Positions 12,368-23,410 of a stretch of 64,000 nucleotides of DNA are shown here, in pieces (the stretch's first letter is position 1; each line of letters starts with the position of its first letter). Made by a program: the position numbers and the translations under genes. The DNA comes from Lama guanicoe (taxonomy: Eukaryota). The notes beneath the pieces were generated by a model. The model had not been told where the DNA came from, did no database searches, and was given only the letters and a program-made list of their open reading frames with translations. The stretch is taken from NCBI GenBank assembly GCA_013239625.1, contig MU053652.1, positions 558,001-622,000 on the forward strand, given 5' to 3'.

Positions 12368-12782
12368 CTGGAAGACAAAGCACAATCATTGTTAAATATA
12401 TCAGAAAAATAGCTATGGAAATATGGCGAAACACCCATGGTTGTATCTGGCTGTGGCTACTTGCATGGAGAGATGTGGGAAAAGTATCAGGATTCTACAC
12501 AAGAACAAGTCATCACTTGATTATTCATCTACATATATCTTTTTAAATACAAGTTATTTCACTTATTCAACAAAAACAGGATGAAACAGAAACATGACTT
12601 CCAAACTACGGGGGGAAAGAGACAAAAGTATTTTTTATCAATTCAAGAAGGAAATAAGAATATAAGAAGCAAAAGAAAGCATGATAAACAGAAAACAAAT
12701 TGTGATGTAAAGTAAAAAGAAAACCCCAAATACTATGTATTTCTCATTATGATCTTTCCATGTATAGACAGAATTTTTTTAA

Positions 12783-13094
12783 CATCTTTATTGTGGTATG
12801 ATTCCTGTACAGTAAACTACACATATTTCAGCTGTACAGTTTAATGAATTCTGATAGATGTATATACCAATGAAACCACCGTCACCATCAAGATAGCTAA
12901 CATTTCCTTCACTCCCCAAGAGGTGCAAATTTTGAATTCCCAATTTATCCCTTCCTACCCTCTTTACCCCCTTGTAACCATAAGTTTACTCTCTATGTCT
13001 GTGGGTCTGTTTCTGTTTTGTAGGTAAGTTCATTTATGTCCTTTTCTTAAGATTCCACATATAAGTGATATATGGCATTTTTCTTTCTCTTTCT
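12783..13094 (-). mobile_element. Chimeric L1 insertion: young L1 3'UTR piece (13094-12924) fused to an old L1M-type 3' end (12923-12783)
   Basis: Two recognisably different L1 3' sequences lie between 16-bp direct repeats gacagaatttttttaa (12767-12782) and gacagaacttttttaa (13095-13110). Confidence 0.75.
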
Positions 13095-13338
13095 GACAGA
13101 ACTTTTTTAAAAAGAGAAAATAAAGGATATTCTTTAAATTTGTGATGATATGTGGGTTGGGAGGTCTTAAAAGTCAACAGAATGGGAGGTGAGAACAAAG
13201 GAAAACTTCAAACTTATTTATAATGATCAATTTCCTTTATAAAAAAACATTTAAAGCATAGATCACAGAATACTAATAACTGTCAAAAATCAGAGATGAG
13301 TATGTAGATTTTTTTACGTTTTTCTTCATACTTTTCTA

Positions 13339-14366
13339 CATCAGTAGTTCCTGCTTTGCATGGTTCTGACACGCATAAATTTGAGACCCTAAAGTTTAGT
13401 GAATAACACCAGCAAAACAAGATTTGAACTCCAGTTACCACACTATATTAACTGCGAGTAATGGCATGAAGTACAAACTCCAGTGCTTCCGTCCAGAAAT
13501 CTGTCAATAATTGGTGATCATCATAAACAATGATCAATCATGCCACCTCTCTCCAAGTCCATCAGTGATTGGCCACTGCACATCTATTATTCAGTTCACA
13601 TACAGACAGCAAAGGGTATAGCTGTGTTGTCTCCTTGTCTCCCAGTGATAAACCCATGTGACAGTTTACATACGTAGATAACTGAAAAAAAAGAACTGGC
13701 CAAAAGATAAAAGTACAGGAAAAAAAAATCTTAAAAGTAACACTTAGAGTGAAATTTGAATTGAATGTAAATGGATTTACAGAAGAAATAACTGACCCTG
13801 GGACTACTGACACTGGCCCCATTTGAGAGTCCTATGGAGCCAGACTGAGGGGGAACTTACTGACCTGAAAAAAGAAAAGGGCTATGATGGAAGAGATGAA
13901 GACATCCCAGAGGAAGTGATGCTGGCAGAAAAACGTTACCTTAAAGGAACTCTTAGAGGTATTTCATGGCATTGAAAAACAACGAATAAAATGCTGGCAG
14001 GTGATGCAAACTGAGAAGGAAGTACGACATTTCACCAGGGCAGAGAAAAGATGCTCACCACTGAAAATCATAAGGGATCCAACAAGGACCTGGCAAGCCC
14101 TGTTCAAGTGACCCTTGGTGATTTTAACAAGGAAATAAAATGCTTTAATTCTCAATGTTTCTAAAGTTAGAGTGGACTAACACATATAAGTCTTCTCATT
14201 TTTTCAGTCCTGTACATATTTGTAACTGACAGTAAGACTTTTTAATGTTTTCACAAAATTTTTTTTAAAGTCATGAAACAATTGAGATTTCCCCCATTGA
14301 GTAATATTGCTTTGCATGGTGATTTTTATAGTTCCACAAATGCTTTGCAAAGCAAAGTTTGCCTTG
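13339..14366 (+). mobile_element. TcMar-Tigger-class DNA transposon relic (~1 kb)
   Basis: TA at both flanks. Degenerate terminal inverted repeats (...cctgctttgca / tgcaaagcaaag...). Internal gatgaagacatcccagaggaagtgatgctggcagaaaaac resembles Tigger transposase remnants. Confidence 0.7.
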
Positions 14367-14399
14367 TACTTTAAATTTTCCTCCAAAAAAAGCAGTAGA

Positions 14400-15680
14400 A
14401 GGAAAATAACAGGAAACAAAATCAAATGAAATAAAGACAGAAAATGAATGACTAATTGGGAAGATATATTTGCAATCTGTGTCACAAATGGCAGGTAGAG
14501 GAAAAAACCAAATGACTTAGTAGAAAAACAATCAAAGGACATGAAAAGACAATTTACAGAAAAAGAAATACAATGGTCATTATACCTAAGAAAAACATTT
14601 TAACTTCATTCATAATGAGAAAAATGAGAAGTAAACTATACTGAGATACTATTTTTTATACCCATGCATTGGCTGGATTCCAAAAGTCTGAAAACACATT
14701 CTGTTGGTTTCAGTGTGGGGAAAGAGGCATTCTCATATATTGCTGATGGGAGTGAGACATGTATAGCCCTCATGAAGGGCAAGTTGGCACTATTATTCAA
14801 AATTACAAATGCATCTCCTTCTGACCCAGAAATCCCACTTCTGGGAAATTCTTCCGACAGCTATTATCTGAATATGGATGAGATGATCTATGTATAGAGG
14901 ACAGAGATAGGCGTAGCATTGTTTTCATGGCAAAAGACTGGGAACAAATCAAAAAAAAAATCCATCAATTAGAGATCACTTAAACTGGTGAATCTACAAA
15001 CTGGAATTCTGTGCAGTAAACCCAACCACCAAACGTGTAAGTTTTTGATGCGCTAACGTGAAAAGATCTCCAGTATCTTTTTTCTTTTTAAACTGAAGTA
15101 TAGTCAGTTACAATGTGTCAGTTTCTGGTGTGCAGCATAACGTCCCAGTCATGCATATTATATATATACATATATTCATTTTCATATTACTTTTTATTAA
15201 AGGTTATTATAAGATATTGAATATAATTCCCTGTGTTACACAGAAGAAATCTGTTTATCTATTTTTATATAGAGTGGTTAATCTCTGCAAATCTCAAACT
15301 CCCAAATTTATCCCTTTCTACCCCTTTCCTCTCGGTAACCATAAGACTGTTTACTATGCCTGCAAGTCTGTTTCTGTTTTGTAGATTAGGTCATTAGTGA
15401 TCCAGGATCCATACATAGTTAAGCGAGAGAAATAAGTATTTAGGAGAATTTATATTTACTATACTGACCTTTGTACAAGAATTATATACCTTCATTTGTT
15501 TCTTTTATTATAAAGACGACCTGGGAAGATTTCCAAAAACCTAGTACAATGAGTACCTATAGGAAGCAGGGGTGGGGGTGGGGTCTGGCAGAGGAGTGGG
15601 AATAAGACTTTTCAATGATAACTTTTTATAATTATTTGATTTTTAAAAACTATGAAATATTAGCTAGTCAAATAAAATTA
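14400..15680 (+). mobile_element. Old L1 (L1ME-like) ORF2 3' end and 3'UTR, interrupted
   Basis: caaaggacatgaaaagacaatttacagaaaaagaaatacaatgg; ORF 14664-14897 (GKEAFSYIADGS...SDPEIPLLG) resembles the L1 ORF2 C-terminus. Confidence 0.85.
15078..15400 (-). mobile_element. 5'-truncated camelid-type L1 3'UTR
   Basis: T-rich tail, then actgaagtatagtcagttacaatgtgtcagtttctggtgtgcagcata...ggttattataagatattgaatataattccctgtg. Possible TSD tccagtatc (15069-15077) / tccaggatc (15401-15409). Confidence 0.88.
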
Positions 15681-16959
15681 AATCAAGACAACATAAAAAT
15701 TATCTACATATATCAAAGACTCTATTTCACAAATTACTTTCTAATTAGACCACATTTAAAGTTTGGTGTTTAAATGTTCCTTGAGTTTAGCCATTTAACC
15801 TAATAAAGAGTTTCCTTTACTTAATAAGTAAATACATCATGGTTAATCTTGCACATCACCAGTTAAACACTCCATTAACCTCTGGGGCATGTGTGGGGGG
15901 AGGGGGGAGGAAGGAGTATGCACAAGATTATCACAGTGAAAAAGTCACCCAGGAAAGGGGAAATTGAGAAACCATGAAAACGAGCAATGAGGTTCCTTTT
16001 GATGTTATCAACATAGAAAGGGAGGTAAAAGCCTGACCCAAAACAGGATATAATAAATCTCCAAGAAGGGAATAATAAAAGAAAGCAGGAAAAAAATGAA
16101 GAAATAAAGAGAAGATAGTTAAGCATGGCTATAATTTTAAGATCTCCAAATCCCACATCATGCTACGCGACCTCTTTTCATTTCACCTAACCTCAGAGAA
16201 ATCCTCCGCCCAGGGGCCAAAGGATTGGTCTTGGTCTCCTTGCTCTGACTCTGAAAGAAAATCAGTTTCTAACAATGAGTAAATACACCAATCCTCAGAA
16301 TCTCTATTTATTCTTCTCAATGGGACTCAGAAGAGTTTTCTGAGCAGAAGTACTTCTTACCATTTTCAAAATCTTTAACAGCTATTAGGATGAAACTTTT
16401 AGTAGTTAACCTGCTCCTAAACAGAGTGACAGAAGGTTCTAAATTACCCACATTTTCATTTTTTTCCCCTAGTCCCTTATTTGCCTTTGGTGTCCTGAAA
16501 ATATGAAATCGCTCTGAGCAGCACCAGTGGAGGGGCTCCCATCACATTCAGCTGAATGATTTCTTTCAAATACAAATCATTCATCCCCTAAAGCACACAC
16601 ATCAGTCTAAAATGACACATCCAGGTTGATGCTGTCATCTCTAACTCGAGGGGACCCATTCAACAAGTTTCCAAATCTGCTTTCAGGGCTGCGAGGGCCC
16701 TCGCTGTGCACAAAGCATGAAACACGTGAGAGAGAATGAAAGAGACAAATTAGGGCTGTCTCACCAGCCTCTTCTTTGGTCTGATCAAAAATGAGAAGTA
16801 ATCACATTAAATGGGCAGAATGCCCTTTCTTGAGCAGGAAGGACACAGAATAAAAGCTTTCCTAGGCATCCAGGAGGTAAATCATGCTCACAGTCACTGT
16901 GGGGGAGGTAGGGATGGTTTAGGGAAGCAGACTGGCCAAGGGCAGAACACTTCAAGTAG

Positions 16960-17150
16960 GTATTTCTGAGTCTGAAGCTTTAATGTACAGTCTTGGGCAG
17001 GTTACTTAGCCTCTCTTGATCTTATTACCTGTGTATTCTGTAAAATGGATATAACACACAGGGATTGTTTTGATGATTAAATAAAGAAACAAAAGCTAAG
17101 TGCTCAGTACAGAGGCTGGCACATGGTTAAGTAAGAGGTGGCTGCTGCCA
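16960..17150 (+). mobile_element. MIR
   Basis: cttgggcaggttacttagcctctc...ctgtaaaatggatataac...agtgctcagtacagaggctggcacatggt. Confidence 0.8.
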
Positions 17151-17359
17151 TCTGTATAATTACTATCAGCACATAAATCCTGATGAGGTTGGAGATTAGA
17201 GGAAAGTGAGACCTATTTGATGATTTTTTTTTCACTTGTTCCTTTACTTTCCCATGTAATTATCCATGATTGTCAGTTTGGACCACTAGATTATTACTTT
17301 GACTATTTCAGCAACAAGCGGATGTAGGAATGACCCAAGCCCCACATGGTGAGGGCCAA

Positions 17360-17460
17360 ATGTAAACTTCTCACTGCTGTATCCTCAGTGCCTAGGACTA
17401 GTCTACAGCTGGCACGCAGTAGCTTCCCAGGAAATATCTGGTGAATGAAATATTGAATAA
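17360..17460 (+). mobile_element. L2 3' end
   Basis: tcactgctgtatcctcagtgcctagg...ctggcacgcagtag...gtgaatgaa. Confidence 0.75.
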
Positions 17461-18999
17461 AATAATTCATAGGTCCTTTAACTTCAATCTCTAGTTCCTA
17501 AAACTAGGGTGTGACTTCTCAGCAAATGATGCCCCTCTCCTAAGGATCTGGACTGGAGGTCCAAATACAAGATTTTTTAACAAAGAAAGAAAATCACCCC
17601 ATATCTCCACGAGAGCTGCCTCTGACTGAAAGAGTATTCTCTAGTCTTTGCCCACATTCTCATATTGTTTTTTGCTTTATGCAATACAGTTATTCACATC
17701 ACTTTATATTCTGCCCTTTCACGGAATGTAATACTTGTAAGTATAAGACACATTCCATCATGCTAATGAACACAGTATTATTAACCCAAACATCTATTAG
17801 GGAACATTAATGCTGCTCCCTGGTTTTGTTATAGAGACTCCTACTGTGAACATCTTCCCTTTGCTTCTGTTGAATTATTTCTACAGGCTAAAATACTGGG
17901 AGTAGCTCCTCTTCATTTTTTCACAGGCGAGTCCCTATTTTGTTTCCCCCAGATTCCCGCAGCATGCTGCGCGACTCCCTTCACCTAGTAAGTACCTTAA
18001 AAATAATCTGTTGAATGGGAGACGGGGCAGAGAATCACAGGTATAGAGGAGAGTCATCAGAAAGCCCAGTTTTTCCAACAATGCTCTTAATCAGCTCCAC
18101 AGAAGTAAGAAGACATTGAATTTTTAACAGTGAAAAGAACCTCATTAGGAAAGAAAACACTTCACTTCAAAGTGAAGATGGAACACAGATGGAAACACTG
18201 TCGAAGGGGTCATATCTAATCTTGTGAAGTGCTTTCACACTAGGGATTTCCTGTCCTTGAAAACGGTGAGAAGGCAAACACAAAGCGCAGGTACATTTGT
18301 GTATATGGAAAGAGAGAAAGTGAGACTCAAAGGAAAGGATCTACGTAATGCTACATGCGGAGCATCTAATTACAGGATTTTGAGGAATCTTATTCAGATC
18401 AGCTTCCCAAACCTAAAGCTGTAGAGTAGGATAAGCCAAAAGACAAACAGAGTGCAGGCAACCTATTTTTATTGCCTTTGAACGTCTACAGCATGGATCT
18501 TAGTTTCTAAATTCTAATATTGCTATTTGTAAATATTTAACCAAAGGTTTTATTTTCAGATTATCATCAACCAGGGGGCCTCCAAAAATCTGTACATATG
18601 CAATATCTCTATTTTTAATTTACTCTTTCTTAAGCAAGTATGTGTCCTTTGGAACGCATAAACGAGCACACAGTACCCACACCTGACCAGTCTTTTCAAA
18701 ATTTTTATCCTGATTTGATTTCTATCCAGGAAAACTGTAAACTAATTAAAATTTCACTCAAGCATCCCAGGCCCCTTGCTTAGCCCAGACTCCTGAACAC
18801 AAATTTCATCTCACTGTAAAGCTCCATTTCTTCCATTTTATCTCAGCCAAGAATTATGGCTGCTACCAGCTGGAAATATCCTTGAACACAGACAGAGGGC
18901 CTGGATTATATTTTAGAAGCTGCAATGAGAGTACTATTCAGTTGAATAAAAATAGTTGCTCATGGTAAGTATTCCTTATAGTCACAGCCTAGTAATTAA

Positions 19000-19165
19000 A
19001 AAAAAAATTCTGTGGCCAACGTTGCCAGTAATGGGACAACCTGACATCGTGTGCCACTTGACAGAGAAGAACACAGCATCATTTCTCTGATATTCTTGCC
19101 AAAAATGCATAACCTGTATCCAATCATGGAGAAATAGCATCTTTCCCTAAAACCCAAATGCAAAA
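19000..19165 (+). mobile_element. Old L1 3'UTR fragment (L1MC-like)
   Basis: ccagtaatgggacaacctgacatc...gaacacagcatcatttctctgatattcttgccaaaaatgcataacctg. Confidence 0.7.
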
Positions 19166-20512
19166 AGCAAAGGTACAAATTTCAGAAAATTCAAATTGAG
19201 AATTCTGGCTTTTGGAATACAAGGAATTCATTCCTGGCTCTCTCATGAACAATATGTCACTGTTTATTGCTAATTCTGTTGTTAATATATACATTTGTAT
19301 ATCACATATATGTGATGTATATAATATACATATGTACATCACACAACATAAAATGTCTTCATTCTTTTCACTCTGGTATTTCCTGATTTTGTTGTACATT
19401 ACCACCCGTATGTTTTGGTAGCTTAGGCTGAATAATGTACATGAGAATCTTTATCTGAAAGGCTTGTGATTTTTCTTCTGATCCCAGGTTTTAGAACCAG
19501 TAGATATGTCTGATTTATCCCTCTGACCTCCTATATCTTGCAGAATCTCACAACATACCATTTCCACTAAAGTGTCTTCTAATCTAGTCTTGCCTCTCTG
19601 CAGAGATGTACCAAGCTCACCTCCACCAAGAAGCTCTGAATCTCTTCTACTAAGTAGTGGTTTTAAAGACATTAAAAAAAATCTGAACCACCTTCTCCCC
19701 TTCATTTTAGTTCAAGGCTTCTACGTGAGAAGTTACAAGACACTGACGAGTCTTCAGCAGCTCTGAAGTCATCAAGCATATTCAAAGGTAAGTCCCCATG
19801 TCACCATGCTCACTGTGCAGTACCCCACTGTCAGGTTATTACATGTACATTTAATAATGTCGCAGGACACAGATATTTATAAATATCTACATAAAAAAAG
19901 ATCGCAATAAACAATGAGGCACTGTTTACGACAGAGACATGAATGAATAAATAAGTTGTGCCCTCAAAGTCAGAATTCTGAATTTGAATTTCCTGAAATC
20001 TGGCCCTTTGGTTCTGTTTTGGTTTTACGGAAAGACTGAAAACAACAGCAGTGACAACAACTTGACAGCGTGAACGACATGTTAGTTACGAGGAGGCCAA
20101 AAAACGCACATTTTCGCCTTAAATCCAATAAACAAATTACCTTGAGGCCCAAAATGAGAATGGAACATGGTCTGCCAGATGCAGAACTTTTCTGGGGAAA
20201 CATGGGCTTGTGTAAAAAGATGCCAAGCAGCACTAATAACAGCCCTGCATGCTGACGACACTTCCTGCTCATCATTCTAAGAGAAATAGTGGCCTTTTTG
20301 AGAACACAGGGCACTCGAAATCCCTGCCATGCTTGATTGGTATGAAAAAAAAAAATCAATCTGCAGCCCAAAGTAAAACCCATTCCCAGACACAAGCCCA
20401 TCCTTGCACAAGGAGCTGTGACCAGTTAGCTGTACTCAGGTAAGTGGGCCTTTGGAATCAAACCCAAGTGAGGCCATGCAAAGGCTGCAAACGTCTCGGT
20501 GCTGGGGGTGGA

Positions 20513-20614
20513 GGGGGAGCGGTGTGTGTGTATAGCTCAGTGGTGGAGCACGTGTTCAGCATGCACAAGGTCCTGGGTTCAATCCCCAGTACCTCCACTG
20601 GAACAAAAAAAAAA
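20513..20614 (+). mobile_element. tRNA-Ala(AGC)-derived SINE (Vic-1-like), short form
   Basis: tatagctcagtggtggagcacgtgttcAGCatgcacaaggtcctgggttcaatccccagtacctcca + A10 tail. A and B boxes are present; no clear TSD. Confidence 0.85.
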
Positions 20615-21929
20615 GTAGCTGCCTGGCAAGGATGTCTCCTTTATGACATACTTCTTTCTTACTCAATTACTCTCCGATACAACATTTAAGACACAGAGCA
20701 AACTGAAAATAACTTGGGCAAAGATGGAAAGAAGCCTCAGAGGAATTGATTTGAGATATATTCAACTTCTTGGGATTATCTGACTCGAAAAAGATCATTT
20801 AGCAATGATTTACAAGGGACTCATTCAGAAACAGCAGCAACAGGCGTATTTAATACCATAAATCAGTGGAACATGAAAACCGAAGAAAAATCCATAAAGG
20901 TTAATGCACTTTGGAGCACATTTGCCTCTTAACTCCTGGGAGTGAGTCATCGGCACATCAGGACGAGGTGCCCCCATCGGTCTGTAATTGTTCACGCTGA
21001 GTGTAACTACTTTCTGTGACTTTGGTATATAAAGATTTTCTGGGCAAAAGTGCACAATAAGCTCATTGCAGAGCCCACACCCCTAGGAGACAATTTGCTG
21101 AACTAATAAAATAAAAAGGGATTTGGGTGATCTTATTTGTAATGAGTAAAATTCATGCCTAGGACTGGAAGAGAAAAGAGATAAAAATCATTAAGGAAAG
21201 GCAGAAAAGAATATTAGCTATGAAATTTGAACTCTGTAGGCTTGTAAACAAATTTAACTTTTGAAAATCTTACGATGAGTATATTGCAGGTGATTTGTGA
21301 CTACATTTAAGTGTTCCCTCCAGACTGAAAAGTACTTTAGGTAAAATGAAGTAAGCCTCTTTACAATGACAGCTGTTTACATTTTTCAAGAATATAATTT
21401 GGAAACTGAAGTAACTCAAATGCTAACTCTTAATACCAAGCAATCTTTAACCAAAAAAATCATATAAATAAATAAGGACTATTGATATAAAACACAGACA
21501 AAGCGATAATCCTGCTTTTCCAATAGACCTGGAATTCTGTTCTTATCCTTTGCATTTACTCTTATTTATAATAAAATAATTTCTCCGTTTTAATAAAAGA
21601 TAAGGTTGTCAAAAAGTTTTTCAAGAAAGCAATCACAATTTATTATAAAACATCTATAATATCACCTGGAAACTTACGTGTAACATATTAAATACACTTT
21701 ACTTGGGGCGTTCCGTTATCAGTTTAGCAAGTTTTTCACCTGTGGCTATGTCAGTAGGAGCTACGTTAATACTTGCCAACAGCTACTGAGTTCCTACCCC
21801 GTCCTCACAGAAGAGGTTTATGTGCATTATTTTATGCATAATGTGGAGTTCTTACAATAACTCCATGAAGCCTGCACTATTAATAGCTGCATCTTACATA
21901 TAATGAAACTGAGCAAGTAAAAAGATAAC

Positions 21930-22180
21930 AGTAACATTAACAGCTGACAGTTAGACTGTGCTCATAATATGCCAGCACTATTGTAAGTAATCACCATGCT
22001 TTGCTTCCCTTATTCCTTCCAACACTAATGAAGTAACGTTCTTTTATAATTGCCACTTGGAAGAAGAAATGAAGGCATAAAAAGATTAAGCACTTTTCCA
22101 AGGTCATGAGTGATGGGGCCAAAATTTGCACTTGGATGGTTTGGCTCCAGAGGTCACCCAGGACTTCACGCTTACTCTAC
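21930..22180 (-). mobile_element. MIR
   Basis: gccagcactattgtaagt...gaagaaatgaaggcataaaaagattaagcacttttccaaggtcat...tttggctccagagg. Confidence 0.7.
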
Positions 22181-22399
22181 ACAACATACTCTTCAGCCAT
22201 TGCTGCCTCCCAAATGTTTGCCCCTGGGGTTAGAACTCCAGAGGAGGGCTTGAGAGGGGAAGACAATTGACAGAAGTCCATGAGGAAAATTCTAGCATGT
22301 GTGTTGCTATAGTGAAACCCTGTGTGGGTTGAGGGGACCACAGTATTGGTATATTCAGATATTTGTATTTAGCAAAGACCAAATTATTTCTCTTGAAAT

Positions 22400-23410
22400 G
22401 TAATAAATCTGATCTCCAGCCCTAATTTCTTTCCCTAAGCTCCTAAGCTGCATTTTTAACTACCTGTTAGACACTTTTGAGGGATGTCCCCAGGCTAATT
22501 CAAACTACGTCCAAAATGGAACTTCAGAGCCGCCCTCCCATTATTTCAATCCTCTCCTTCTGTGTTCTCTATTTTTGCACCATCCTCATGAGCTATCCAG
22601 TCTCAAACTTAATTGTCGTTCACTTCCTCCTATTTTCAGCCTTGCTACTCATGCTTCTAGACTTAGGGACATTCTCTTTATATTATCTCTTTATTTATTT
22701 ATTTATTCCTTCATTTATTTAAGCAATATTTATGGAGTGTCTACCTTCTGCCATATACTGATCCAGGGGCTAAAGCATCCTCAAGGAAAGAATCCTGCAC
22801 AGGACCTGTCATGCACTTAGCACACAATACGAATGGTGCCACATCAATTAGTTCCATGCCGGAGCCTGGGAAGACATTCCTGTGTCTCCGTTTGTAATAT
22901 CCAGCACCATACTTCAGGCTTTTATTAAATGAGATGATGTAGATGAATGGATGGAACTTAATAAAAGGTAACTTATTTCCCAGGCCTCTCCAAACCAGCT
23001 CTCCTAGCTGGTTTTTCCATTTTTCATCCTTTCCTCCTTCAATGTATCTAACATATAGCTATAACATTAGTCTCACTAAACCACAGAATATGTAACTGCT
23101 TGCAGTTGCATGAACGTGCCCTGCTCTCTTGCCTCCAAGTCTCTGCATGTGCTGGTCCGTTTGCCTAAACACTCTGCCCGTATCTCTTTTTCCAAGTGTC
23201 ACTTGCCCTACAGCCACTAGCTTAAATACTATTTTCTCCAGGAGGACCTCCCCCTGGAGTCTAGGCTGAATGCCTTCCACCCCAACAATATTCCTGTTGA
23301 GGTGTCTGTATTCCCTCCTAGTCTGTGAACACCCTGAGGAGAGATGTGTCTTGTTCATTGCACAGTGCTTGATACCTAGTAGGTAATCAAGAAATAAGTC
23401 CAATAAATTT
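22400..23410 (+). mobile_element. Fragmented L2
   Basis: tctccagccctaatttctttccctaagctcc...tccaaaatggaact...ctagtctgtgaacaccctgaggagagatgtgtcttgttcattgcacagtgcttgatacctagtagg; contains a short opposite-strand L2 end at ~22700-22780. Confidence 0.7.

Noticed and set aside
12100..12438. 112-aa ORF as a stand-alone gene
   Set aside because: Only 12148-12367 is EXOC4-like and it is bounded by canonical splice sites; the rest is intron.
7654..12924. The + strand L1 piece at 7654 begins (ttgcagatac) almost exactly where the - strand L1 piece at 12924 ends (tttgca), as if an inversion had split one L1
   Set aside because: Such an inversion would flip the intact EXOC4 exon relative to its gene. The 12783-13094 insertion has its own 15/16 TSD in direct orientation across the supposed breakpoint. 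Treated as coincidence; synteny with another mammal would settle it.
19290..19345. 16-bp palindrome atcacatatatgtgat as a hairpin RNA
   Set aside because: Lies in low-complexity alternating purine-pyrimidine (TA/CA/TG) sequence where palindromes are expected.
20531..20597. Functional tRNA-Ala gene
   Set aside because: Altered acceptor-stem 5' strand and anticodon loop, A-tail instead of a T-run terminator, and two related SINE copies with TSDs in the window.
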